Part shown: piece by piece, positions 36,553-47,070 of the stretch
Layout of the letters: the number at the start of each line of letters is the position of its first letter
Position numbering within the stretch: position 1 is the first letter of the stretch
From: Basidiobolus meristosporus CBS 931.73
Lineage: Eukaryota; Fungi; Basidiobolomycota
DNA: 56,733 bases
Direction: 5' to 3'
Assembly: GCA_002104905.1 (NCBI GenBank)
Contig: MCFE01000575.1
Coordinates: forward strand, 1 to 56,733
Made by a program: the position numbers and the translations under genes
The notes under the pieces: generated by a model
The model's input: only the letters and a program-made list of their open reading frames with translations
Databases searched by the model: none
What the model was told of the DNA's origin: nothing

Positions 36553-39255
36553 CTGAGTGGGAGTGTTGTAAGAATTTGTAATTCCACCTAAATACTCACC
36601 TAACTTAGTCACTTAAATCATTACCCTCAAATCCTAGAGAATACTGACCAAATTCCTTGTTGGGATTTACTTAGAATATTTTCACCAAAATACCAGGTAC
36701 CCAGAACATGAGAATTCTCAGAGTTGTCCAAACAGCCCCAAACTTTGCACACATGTTCTTGGGACCTTCCTTAACCTATTCTACGTGTTTGTAGTGCCAA
36801 GACCAGGTAAAAGTATAAATACTACTTTTACATACAATAAATCATTAAGTGAAAACCGCAAAATCTACTTGTCCTCCCAATCACTTCCAATATCTCCAAG
36901 ACTCTTACAACAGTGTTATCCTTTTGAGTTCTTGATGTTGTTACTTTTTCTGTCAATGGAATCTCCACTCTATCAATAATGGTGCACATGGAGGCTGTGG
37001 TAGACAAGTTGCCTTTCTCTGCAAACTCATCTACCTCACTGGAGTGTAGCTCTACTGGCTGTGCTTCCAACTCTTGTGAAAGCAGCTGTTTTTGTGTTGG
37101 TGATTCTTCTTGGCTATGAGAGGATTCAGTCTGCTCTGGGCTTACTGCATGAATAGGCAAGAACTGCAGCTTTTTTCTTACACTAGCCTGTCTCTGGCTT
37201 GGGTAGACTTTTCCCTGTTATCTCTTCCTCTGTCACTGCCAAGTCATTCACTATTACTTTGTCTGAGTGCTTCTTGTACTGAATCATGCTTTCTCCTTGA
37301 GAAATGCTGCTCCAATGCTTTTGTTTTGGCCTGCTTGTCCCTTGCTGGCACTCTGCACTCAACCTGATGCTTCTTTGCCACTTGTTCTGAGCACTCAGCC
37401 CCTGCTGTGACAGGCTCTTGAGGTAGCTGCTTGCTTTTATCATTACCAGATCCTTTGCTGCTACTTTGAGTGAGTCCTTCTTGAGTGGAACTATGCTTTT
37501 TCCTTGGTAAGTGCTTTGCTGGTGCATCTGCATCTGCCTGCTTTCCCTTATTGGCACTCTTCCAGCTACCTGATGCCTCTTTGATGCTTGTTTGGAGCTT
37601 TTGGCCCTGCTTATAATGGGCTCTTGAGGAAGCTGCTGGTTTTTAGCCATTTCACCCTTGTTCTTCTGCCTTTTATAGTTTCTGCTATTCTTGAAATACT
37701 TTCTCAGAATACCAATGCTGGCCCAACACTCATTTGCTTCTTTGAATCCAGGATAATGCTTATGGGGCAAGTCAAGCTCATTCTACTTGGTCTTGAGTTC
37801 CTGATGGTCCCATGGTATGCTGGCCTTGAGGTGTTTGCATGTAAGACTTCTAACAGCCTCTGGAATATTAGCCTACTCTGCATCATGCACTCAGCAGCTT
37901 CACAAATCTTAAATGTCTTTTGATTAATAGGCTTTGGTATAAACATTAAATTTTCTCCCTCCCATACTGTGATAGGTTTTTCTGTGTGCTTTATCCTTGG
38001 GCACTGTTGTTGTGCTTCAAAGACTATACAGTGTTCCTCTGCTGTTACATTGGGAAATGGCTCAATTCTTGGCTGTGACATCAAGGTACTTAAGCTCCTT
38101 CTTTGCAGCAAAGATACTGCTTTCTCTATCTGCAATATTAGACTTGTTCCATTGTACCGTGCCAGGGCGTGCGGTGCAATCCGTGGTTGTAAAGAACGAT
38201 TGGGCACAATATTATAGCTACCAGAAGGCAAGATTGTTCTTGGACAATTTTGCACTATGCGGGACGATCTTGCACACTATGGCACAATCTGACACAATGA
38301 GGTCGGCACGGATGATTGCACCAACTTGTAATGTTTGCATCACGTGCGCAATCAGATACCGCTATAATGGCAGGTAAAATCTGGTATTTGGATATGTTTC
38401 TTTAATGTAAATGGAAATAAATGTGTATCACACAATAAATTACACTGATACTTACCATTTTGGTTACCCTCACTCCAATTGGACGGTATCTCAGTGGTTA
38501 ATTGGTCCAAAAGTATCCTGAAGCTGGCAGCCCCCAATTGGCTCATTGACTACTGAAAAAGCTACCTGATTTGCCATCAAATATCCCATTTTGCCCATTG
38601 AGCAAGTAAATCCCTGATCCTAGTGATTGGACAAGGTGTCATAGCTAGCACGCAAGCAATCATGTAGGTGCAAAACAGATCCAATAGCTGCACTGGTATT
38701 ACAGATGACGTATATATATGCAGGGTGTTTATTTATAGGGGTTCTGTCTCATATATGAGACGACCTTGATATTACTTATATCAAAAATTTGATGATCACT
38801 GATTTGCGATGGCTTGATTTGGATTGCAAAAAAAAAAGGGTTGTTGGGATCATTACAAATGTAAGCAATTCAAAGCAATCGCATCATCTTCTCCTGGGTT
38901 TTTTTCTCACAGGGATTACTACTGAAGCATTTGGTAGTGACTCACTTTGCACACCTATACTACTTCCTGGCTGACTATCATCTTGGCCACTTGTGTATTT
39001 GTAGTCAGTATTTTGCCTCCTAGTTGATGAGTGCAATGCTGCAGCTTGGCCACGCTGAATTGCTTTGACTGAACTAACTGAACCGGCCTGTAGTGCCACA
39101 TGCTGACGTGTTCTTTTACTTGCCAAGGGCTCCGGTGGTTGAGGCACTTCATGTTGGTCATCATCAGTCAGTTCACCAGAAGTAACTTGCTGATGGTCAG
39201 GCAAAACGGCACGCGCAGGCGCGCCTTGACGCGTTGAGATGGCCCTTGGCTGAGT

Positions 39256-39984
39256 TCAATGTGATGCCGCATGTTGACGTGACTTGGTCCGCTCCAATGG
39301 ACTTGTGTCTAAATGAGCAGTTTGGTGAGTTCTCGTAGTTTTGCTCTGAAGCGCGCGCGTTGACTCGACGCGGGGCGTTCTGGTAAAGGGTGTTGGCGTG
39401 GTCTGGACTGACATGCGCCGGCGCGCTGTGGTTGCAAGAGATGGTAGGGAATCCAGCAAGGCGTGCTGGCGCAATCTGGACAATGTTGCTTGCGGTCTGT
39501 ATTCTTCCTCCTGAAGCTCACCATCTGATTCCTCAAGGTATTCACTTACCCTCTGTCTGATACTTTGGAGCTGTTGCCTGGATGAGTCCTGTGTATATTG
39601 CTCTTGGAAGCCACTTAGCTCTACTAATATATCACATAGTACATTAGTCATTTGAGGCAAAAACTCATTCAAAATCTCTTTGGTTCCCAAAGTTGAGGTA
39701 CAAACGGACGCGTCCGGCCTGTACTGTGCAAATTGCGCGCAAAATTGTTCCCGCGCGGCTTCTTTGTCAAATCCCCTCACTCTCAGCTCATTCTTGATTT
39801 CAATACTGGTCTTGTTATATATCTTTTTACATACATTGGCTGGCATCTTGATGTAGAACTCATGCCACAGCTTTCTACTCAAATTCTTCCATCTTTGTCA
39901 ACTCTCTGAGGTATCTAGTTCTGCTAGATTAATCAGCAGTGCCCAAATATCTGTATGAAGGCTCATCATAGACACTTGGGCCAT
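39256..39984 (-). pseudogene. ORF2 of the Pangu-like element, unknown function, F-box-like N-terminus; one in-frame stop (39898-39900)
   Basis: MAQVSMMSLHTDIWALLINLAELDTSES*QRWKNLSRKLW continues into ORF 39256-39882; paralog at ~7260-7830 has a sense codon (TTG) at that position. Confidence 0.6.
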
Positions 39985-40474
39985 ACTAAAATCATTTGGC
40001 AAGAACTCAAATGGATCCGACATCAATTTCTCCGGTCCGGACCGCGCCTGTGAGCTGGGGGATGGGTTTTGTCTGGGTTGTACTAAAGATGAGTTGAGGC
40101 TTGGTATGGGGACCATAGCAATGGATTTGGATACTTATACAGCAGTATATTGGCATCAACCTGGTCTTATATGAAATATATATGAAAACTAATGTGATTG
40201 TTGAATTTTCCATATATTATGCATGATGCATCTTGGATCGCGTTGACACGGATCAGATCACATCAATTGCAGATTTCCTATTTGATTATAGACCTATGAG
40301 TAAAGCATCAATAAAAGTACCAAGGCATTGTTTGCGGATGATTTTGCAACATAATGATGGGATACATGGCAATTGATGGAGATTTAACCATAATGTGTTA
40401 AAAATCAGATAAATAACGTGGATTGTGCCAAATCAATTCAAACCGCCTTCATACAATCATCCATCAATTTTAAT

Positions 40475-41359
40475 ATGACTTACTCATCTGAATGGTCTTT
40501 TCTCATCAATCCCATCACTACCACTGGATTTCCTTTTGACACACTAGAGGAGATATACTCCAAGTACTGTGGACCATCAACCCCAATCTACTCAAGGAGA
40601 TCCCTTGTTAAGCTTCTCTGCTATTACAAGAACTATTGCCCTACAAGGTTTCATCCCACCATCCATGGCAACAAAAGTCCTAGAAGCTTTCATTCCCAGC
40701 TGACAGCAATGGAGAACCACCTTGCAGAGGGTATGAATGACTTAGAGCAAGCTTGGAATACTAGGTTCAGAAGCTCCAATAGACTTCCATATCCCAGAGT
40801 GTTCAGCAACAGGTTCCATATCAGGAGTATTTTGGATACCTTCCCAGTGAGGATTAACAGACCTTCTAGAGGGCAGAGGCACTTTTATTCTGGCAAGTAC
40901 AAGGCACACTGTGTGAAGTTTCAAGCACTGTCTGACATTGAGGGTAACATCATCTGGTTTAGTGGGCCATTTGCTGGAAGTAGGCATGACAATGCACTCT
41001 GGGTAGAGAATCATCCTGAATTCAGTAGAGGGGAGAAATGTATGGCAGACTTAGCCTCTATAGGAAAGGATTGTCAGAGATTAGGATGTATTACAGCTTA
41101 TAGGAAGCCAAGAAGTGGTGTGCTTAGCAGGAAGCAGAAGCTCTACAATGAGATATTTAATCATTTCAGAGTAAGGGTAGAGCACACATTTGGATATCTG
41201 AAGAGATTCAGCATATTGGCTGGTAAATACATAGGAAAGTCATATATAGGAGAAAACAGCAGAATAGGTAAAATAGTTAAGATACTTATTAATGCACATT
41301 ATGTTCATACAAGAAGACATCCACTGAGAGAAATGTGTCTGGAGCATTATGAAGAGTAA
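40475..41359 (+). CDS. DDE transposase, IS5/ISL2/PIF type (DDE_Tnp_4-like), open frame
   Basis: ILDTFPVRI; YSGKYK.H; GPFAGSRHD; ADL; RVRVEHTFGYLKRF; first ATG at 40475 (the ORF track starts at a GTG, 40418). Confidence 0.9.
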   Translation: MTYSSEWSFLINPITTTGFPFDTLEEIYSKYCGPSTPIYSRRSLVKLLCYYKNYCPTRFHPTIHGNKSPRSFHSQLTAMENHLAEGMNDLEQAWNTRFRSSNRLPYPRVFSNRFHIRSILDTFPVRINRPSRGQRHFYSGKYKAHCVKFQALSDIEGNIIWFSGPFAGSRHDNALWVENHPEFSRGEKCMADLASIGKDCQRLGCITAYRKPRSGVLSRKQKLYNEIFNHFRVRVEHTFGYLKRFSILAGKYIGKSYIGENSRIGKIVKILINAHYVHTRRHPLREMCLEHYEE

Positions 41360-42209
41360 ATAAAGCAAGGAAAGCACTATTCTGAGCAACATAAGTAAGA
41401 TTGAGTAAAATTACCAGTAACTGTATCATACCACTGGCATCATGGTAGAAATTATAGTGCCAGATGGTGCCGTAGAGTGCCAGATCAATCCGGCACCATA
41501 AACAGGCTGGCACTCTGTGGCACTATCCAATGGAACAAGTCTATTGATTGTTCTACATTTTTTGTCTGCTCATCCTGTTCCTGGACTATTTTCTGATTTC
41601 TCTGGGCCATTGCATCTATCCTATTAGCCACTACACCTAATTGCCTCATCAATACTTTGATATGAGCCAACTACATACTTGCTAATACAGAAGGTGTGAT
41701 GTTATGATGGCCACTTGCTGGTCTTGAACAGAAGGTACTGCTTTTGCTACATTCATATCTGCCTCAGCAATATGAACAGCTTGCGGCTCCACATTGCCTA
41801 CTTGGCTAAGAGCCTGAGGAGTCCACATTATTACCTTCAGTGGGCACACTGTCCACAGGGCCTTTTTGGATGTAGCCCTGCTTGTTGCACTGAATGTCAA
41901 AGCAAGCTGTTGTCCAACTGTTCTTGTACTGCTGTTAGCAGTGGGGTTTGGTTAGGAACCAGACTACTTTACTTTATTTTTTGGTAGAATATAAATGTAA
42001 GTGAGTCAATTCAAAGAGGAAATGGTGTTACATATATATGTATATGTGGTGCCACAACTATATTCATAATGCTTACTATGGCAGGTCATCATTGAGTCTT
42101 ACATTCATGTAGGTGCAATATCTCAAATACAAGTTTGTCTTAAATACACATGAGCATTGACAAAAAAGTGATATTATAGTGTTACATTGTTGAGTGTCAA
42201 GCTGCTTGC

Positions 42210-45200
42210 CCCATGGACAAGACAACATTAGTTCAACACCATAAGAGAAGAGAAAAAAGACCATGTGATCATTGTAGCAAGCCTCTCAGTCATGAAGCAT
42301 GCTGTTGTGGTGTATTAGTCCAAAGGAGAGATACATCCAGCACTTCTCAAGTGTTTTTGTGTGTGGGGTGTTCACTGGGTGCAGTAACCTCTGGCAAAAG
42401 CTTGCTAGGAACACTTGGGTTCTGTCTCTAATCTAGTGTGATGGGGAATAAAGCCACAATCTCTAACTTAGTTGGTATCTTAGCAAAAGTACATGCTGGG
42501 TTCAGCATCCTTTGAGATGACAATGTACTAAAGCTTCCAAAGTCAAAACAACTGAAAACTTCACCAGCAGGGACTTGATAAGAATGCAGCTGTGGTCAAT
42601 AGTTTCAAAGACAGAAAAGTATCTTTACTATTACAAGAACAAACTTGGGAAAGATTCAGATATAATAATAGATACTTAACTGAGTATCCCTCACAAGTTG
42701 TGCCCCCAAGATCAGTTGGCTGTCAGCATGGTTCCCTGGGAGTGGCCTGTGGTCTGCAGTTGGAAGTTCAGGTAGCAGCTGGTAGTAGTGATCACACTAA
42801 TCAACAAGTTGGTTCCAGCAATCAATTGAAGTCTTAAAGACATCAGAATGAGCCAAGAGTACTCTAAGTAGGTGCTGGAAGGTATTAAGAGACACAGCAC
42901 ATCCAACCAATCAGGAATCAGTACTCTGAAATCTGTGCAACATAGGGATACCATATATGGTATTGAAATGGTAGGGATAGTGACATGGATTGACCATGTG
43001 TCATGGGTACTGGCACATTTACTTGCCAAATATAGTAGCACTTTCAGCTAGTAATCTTACATAGAGTGAGGGATAACTTATGCAATAAGGTAAGCAGGTG
43101 TGATAGTCAGCCGGCTTATGGGATAGTACTGTTCAAGTAATACAAATGGGATAAAACTAAAATAAGTATAGTAGACAAATAGGGAAGTAGAAAATATGGG
43201 AATGAGCACATCTGTCTGTGGGTGTCACTATGACCCCACTACAACACAGTCAGTGTAGGAGGTATGACAAGGATCATGGCTAGTGTTTTGCCACACAAGT
43301 CATATTTGGCCATTCACCAGTCATTACTTTACCAAAAAAATCTTGCTGGCCACTCAATACTTCTATAAAGGCATTGGGCTATACTTGTTACCTTGGGCAA
43401 ACTGAATCAGCAGAGTTTGTGACACATTTAGGCTTACCCCAGCCTTCTGAATATGGCACACAGAGTGATAGCTCTGAAGAAGCAGGCTCACTAATGGATT
43501 GTGAACTTATCTTCCCTAACAACAGTACCCTGCATGAGCCTGGCAAAATCCCATTATGCAATGAGATAACACCTGCAGAAAGAAATCCCAAGGATACTTT
43601 ATGTAATCAAATGAGCCCAGTAATCCATATACTGGTGAATGATGTGATGTTGTGGCTAGAGAAGTAGTGCATTTCCACTAGTATCAGTAAAGGAGACTTT
43701 GAGGATTTACTACTACTTGTTGCCAAAATCATACTGGCATGCAACTAACCATGTAAATGGTATATATGGAGAACTATCATGCAGCTGGCAACATATGACC
43801 CCAAGACCATCCTGATACCAGCATGTGTTAACAGTTCCATGGCATTCACATCAGAAATGCCTTCATTGCAAGGTGTCCAACTTTTCTGGAATCCGCCGCC
43901 ATTGGGGGAAACATTGTTCACACTCTGCATCTATTCCAGTAATACCATGTATAAAGAAGCTCATGCAGTCCAACAAATATTGTGAAGCTATAAAGTACCA
44001 TACTCAGTATCAATCAAGCTAAAGCATATCAGATATATTCAATTGCAACATTACAAACAGCTAAGAAGCTAGAGCTACTTGAAGGTATGTATGACCATGC
44101 CTTTAACTTGGCACTTGATGGATTCTTATTAGACAGGTACTCTACCAGCAAGTCCTGCTGGCCACTAATTCTCATCAACCTGAAACTGCCATCTATCTTA
44201 TGGTATCCAAGCCAAAATCTGATGGTAGTCTCAATAGTATCTGGGCCTAAATCACCATCCAGCCTGGTTAGCTACCTATATTCAATGCTGGATGAATCTT
44301 GTATGCTTTCCAGCAAGAAAACAGTAAATGGCCATCATGTAAATGTACATATTACTATCTGCATTCATGATATCCTGGCCATCAGCCAGATAGGTGGCTT
44401 TTCTGGGCAGAATGGATGGTATTGCTATCAAATGTGTGAGATCCAGGGGACTTATTCCATAACTAACACACATCAATATTACCCAAACATCAACACTAAG
44501 AGCATCTTCTTTCCATAGAGCGTACATAAAGAAGTTGGTATGCAATTATTGGCCAGAATATGGAATTAATTGCAAACTGGGGATACTTAAGATTGAGTGT
44601 ATCTGTAGGAGTAAAAGCTTCTCACAGGGAGCAGTGCATTTGCTTTTCAATTATATCCCTACAATAATGACAAAGTTGTACATGGGCATTTCAAGCTAAA
44701 TAAGCCCTTTGAGATACTGGAGAAATTTGAAAGAATTGTCAAGATATTACAGAGTATCAGCTACCCTATGTACTTCTCATGGGCTCCAATCAACACTGAT
44801 ACACATATACAACAATACAAGTGCAAGGACTGGAGGAACTGGAAATGTATTTATTCAAGTGGCCTTCTGAGGCCACTGCTACCAAGAGTAAATTGGAAGC
44901 ATTGGGAGTCATATGTGGATATTGTAGGAATATTTATCCAGAGGGGGATCACCAATGCCAACTTGTTGCATCTACAGCTTTTGTGCAAAGAGCTTGTGAT
45001 GGGATTTGAGCAACTATACTGCAAATATAAAGCTGAGTACATAGATCTCTGCCACTACTGTATCCATTTACTACTCCATCTTGCTTAGTGTGTTGAGAAT
45101 TTTGGACCTTGCTTCACCTTTTGAAAGCTTCCTATGGAGCAGATGTGTGGGGAGATAGGAAGACAAGTCAAGTTGCAGGTACTCCCATATCCCAATCTCA

Positions 45201-45800
45201 TCAAGTATAATGCCTTCAGGTCTGTCATGGATGTGATGAGTTGGCACATGGAGGATAGCCAGGAAGAGTTGGAAAGTACTGAGGACAGATATTCACATGG
45301 AGACACCTATGCCTATGACATTGAGAAGCTAACCAGCCCCAATTGGTGGGTAATCAGTTAAGTAATGCAAAGTTGGGCTGGGTGCAACAAGCAACTAATT
45401 TTATTAAGAAAACTCTACTAAGGTATACCAGAAATCTCTTGGTCACAAGCCAATTTCTACACCATTCAATACAGATTTTACACATACAAGAGCTAGAGCA
45501 CACCTATAAGGGGGACTAGAATCCAGCAGGGAGAAGGAATATATTGGCTAAATACCAAGAAGTTCTTTGCGGATGTTCAGGGGTATTCAAGGCAGAAGCA
45601 ACAGCAACCAAGCATATGTTTGTAAGTTGTACATATTAACAGCAATACAAGATAAATTGCAACTTTGCAAGCTTCACACTAAAAAGCCGTAAAGTTGAGG
45701 TAATAGAAGTATGGAAATTGTGACAGGTGTGCATGTTTGTGGAGGTTAATAAGCAGGAGGCCATAGTATTTTTTGATTCAAGCTATATGTGGGATACCCA
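42210..45800 (+). pseudogene. CACTA/EnSpm-like transposase (Transposase_21/DUF4218-type), degenerate, interrupted by a family-B LTR
   Basis: LALDGF...CWPLILINLKLP...SGPKSP...LDE...IHDILA...GFSGQNG..CYQMCEIQG; IHLLLHLA; many stops; no CACTA termini found. Confidence 0.8.
42303..43243 (-). repeat. Solo LTR, Gypsy family B
   Basis: TGTTGTGG...CCCCACTACA; flanks ATGC (42299-42302) and ACAC (43244-43247). Confidence 0.9.
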
Positions 45801-46319
45801 AGGTAGTAGTGGGTAAGTAAATAAAGAGGGGTGATTCTACAGTGGAATATATGAATTGCGCAAGGGGAGGTAGAAAAAGGAAATACCATTTGGCAAATTG
45901 GTACGGTAGCATTAAACAGAACTAGCTGTAGGCTGGCATACAGCCATGATAATGCCACCAAAGGCTTGCAAAGAGGCCGTGAAAACACTGTCAAATTTTT
46001 TGCCATATAAAGCAATGGGATATACTGGCCTGCAAGATCCACTCAAATAATTGTAAACCCTACTAAGACTGCAACAATGCCATGCCACCCTTGGCAAAAC
46101 ACTGTATGAACACTGTCATATTTTATCAACTTTATTTGGCTGTAAAATTACCAAAGCACTGTTGTGATCCTGTCACTAGATTGTATAGATAGCCATCAAT
46201 TCCCAGCCACTAGTATTAACATGGTCTCCTGATGGGATCTTGATGGCTGATCTGGATTGGAGTCACCTTCAGGACCAAATTATTTTTTATAGGGCATATG
46301 TTGCCATCTTCAAGACATC

Positions 46320-46954
46320 TATCCATCTGTATCATGCATATGGTAAGTTGCATCCTAGAATAATTTTGGCAAGAAGAAGCAGTAGATCCTTGAATCTCCC
46401 ATTACTAAAAATGGTGAAACACACCACTTCTCTAGCCTTAACATTGCATCATTCACTTGTAGGTAGATTACTGGGCTCACTTGGCTCCATAGGGTATCCT
46501 CTGCATTTTCACCATGAGTGTTGCCACATTGCATATTGGGATGTTGCTGGGCTCATGAAGGGTACTATTTGATGGGAGATAGGCTCAAAATCTATCAGTG
46601 AGCCTACTACTTTATAGCTATCACCACAGATTATATTCAGAGGGTTGAGGTGAGCCAATAGGCATCACAAACTTACCTAACTCAGCTTGCACCAGGTGGT
46701 AAGTGCAGCTTGGTGCTGTCATAGAAGTATAAGTGGCCAGCAAGATATTTTGGTACAGTAATGACTGATAAATGCTCAACTATGAGCTGGGTGACAACAC
46801 ATTGGTCATGATCCTGGCAAAACTTCCTATGCTGTCTGTGTGCTTCATGACTCACAGGCTTGTAACAATAGCAACATGGTCTTTTTCTTGTCATTTCAGG
46901 CATTAAATCAAAATAGTTTTGGAGATGGGCAAACAGCATGACACTCATCAGCAC
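46320..46954 (-). pseudogene. N-terminal part of a second CACTA-like transposase copy, inverted
   Basis: The reverse complement aligns with ~42180-42300 and 43244-43790 (RKRPCCYCYKPVSHEA vs KRPCDHCSKPLSHEA). Confidence 0.75.
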
Positions 46955-47070
46955 AATACTATTATATCACTATTTTGTTAATACCCATCTGATTTTAAAA
47001 CAGTTTTGCATTTGAGACATTGCACCTACATGAATGTATGATTTGATGATGACCCACCATAGCAAGCATT

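Larger units (their letters stand above)
32228..36912 (+). mobile_element. Full-length Copia family B element; LTRs 32228-32575 and 36564-36912; TSD GTGTT
   Basis: TG...CA LTRs; GTGTT at 32223-32227 and 36913-36917; PBS GGTTATGAGCCC; PPT GAGTGGGAG. Confidence 0.95.
38140..41542 (+). mobile_element. PHIS-superfamily (Pangu/PIF-like) DNA transposon, 3403 bp, perfect 15-bp TIR AGACTTGTTCCATTG, TSD ATT
   Basis: TIRs at 38140-38154 and 41528-41542; ATT at 38137-38139 and 41543-41545; two divergent ORFs; GGCAC/GTGCC subterminal motifs. Confidence 0.9.
31750..41965 (-). pseudogene. Unknown ORF Y (about 700 codons when reconstructed), split by a Pangu-like element and Copia B
   Basis: Segments ~41965-41543, 38139-36913 and 32227-31750 join across the TSDs (EQSI|LQIEKAV); paralogs at 23400-31400 and 48420-49430. 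Confidence 0.6.

Noticed and set aside
37704-38255. 183-aa ORF as a standalone gene
   Set aside because: It crosses the left TIR/TSD of the Pangu-like element (38137-38154); its first ~39 codons are antisense TE terminus and the rest belongs to ORF Y
38884-39204. 106-aa ORF downstream of Pangu ORF2 as a third gene
   Set aside because: Low complexity with no motif; it may be a continuation or further exon of ORF2, which I cannot resolve without RNA data
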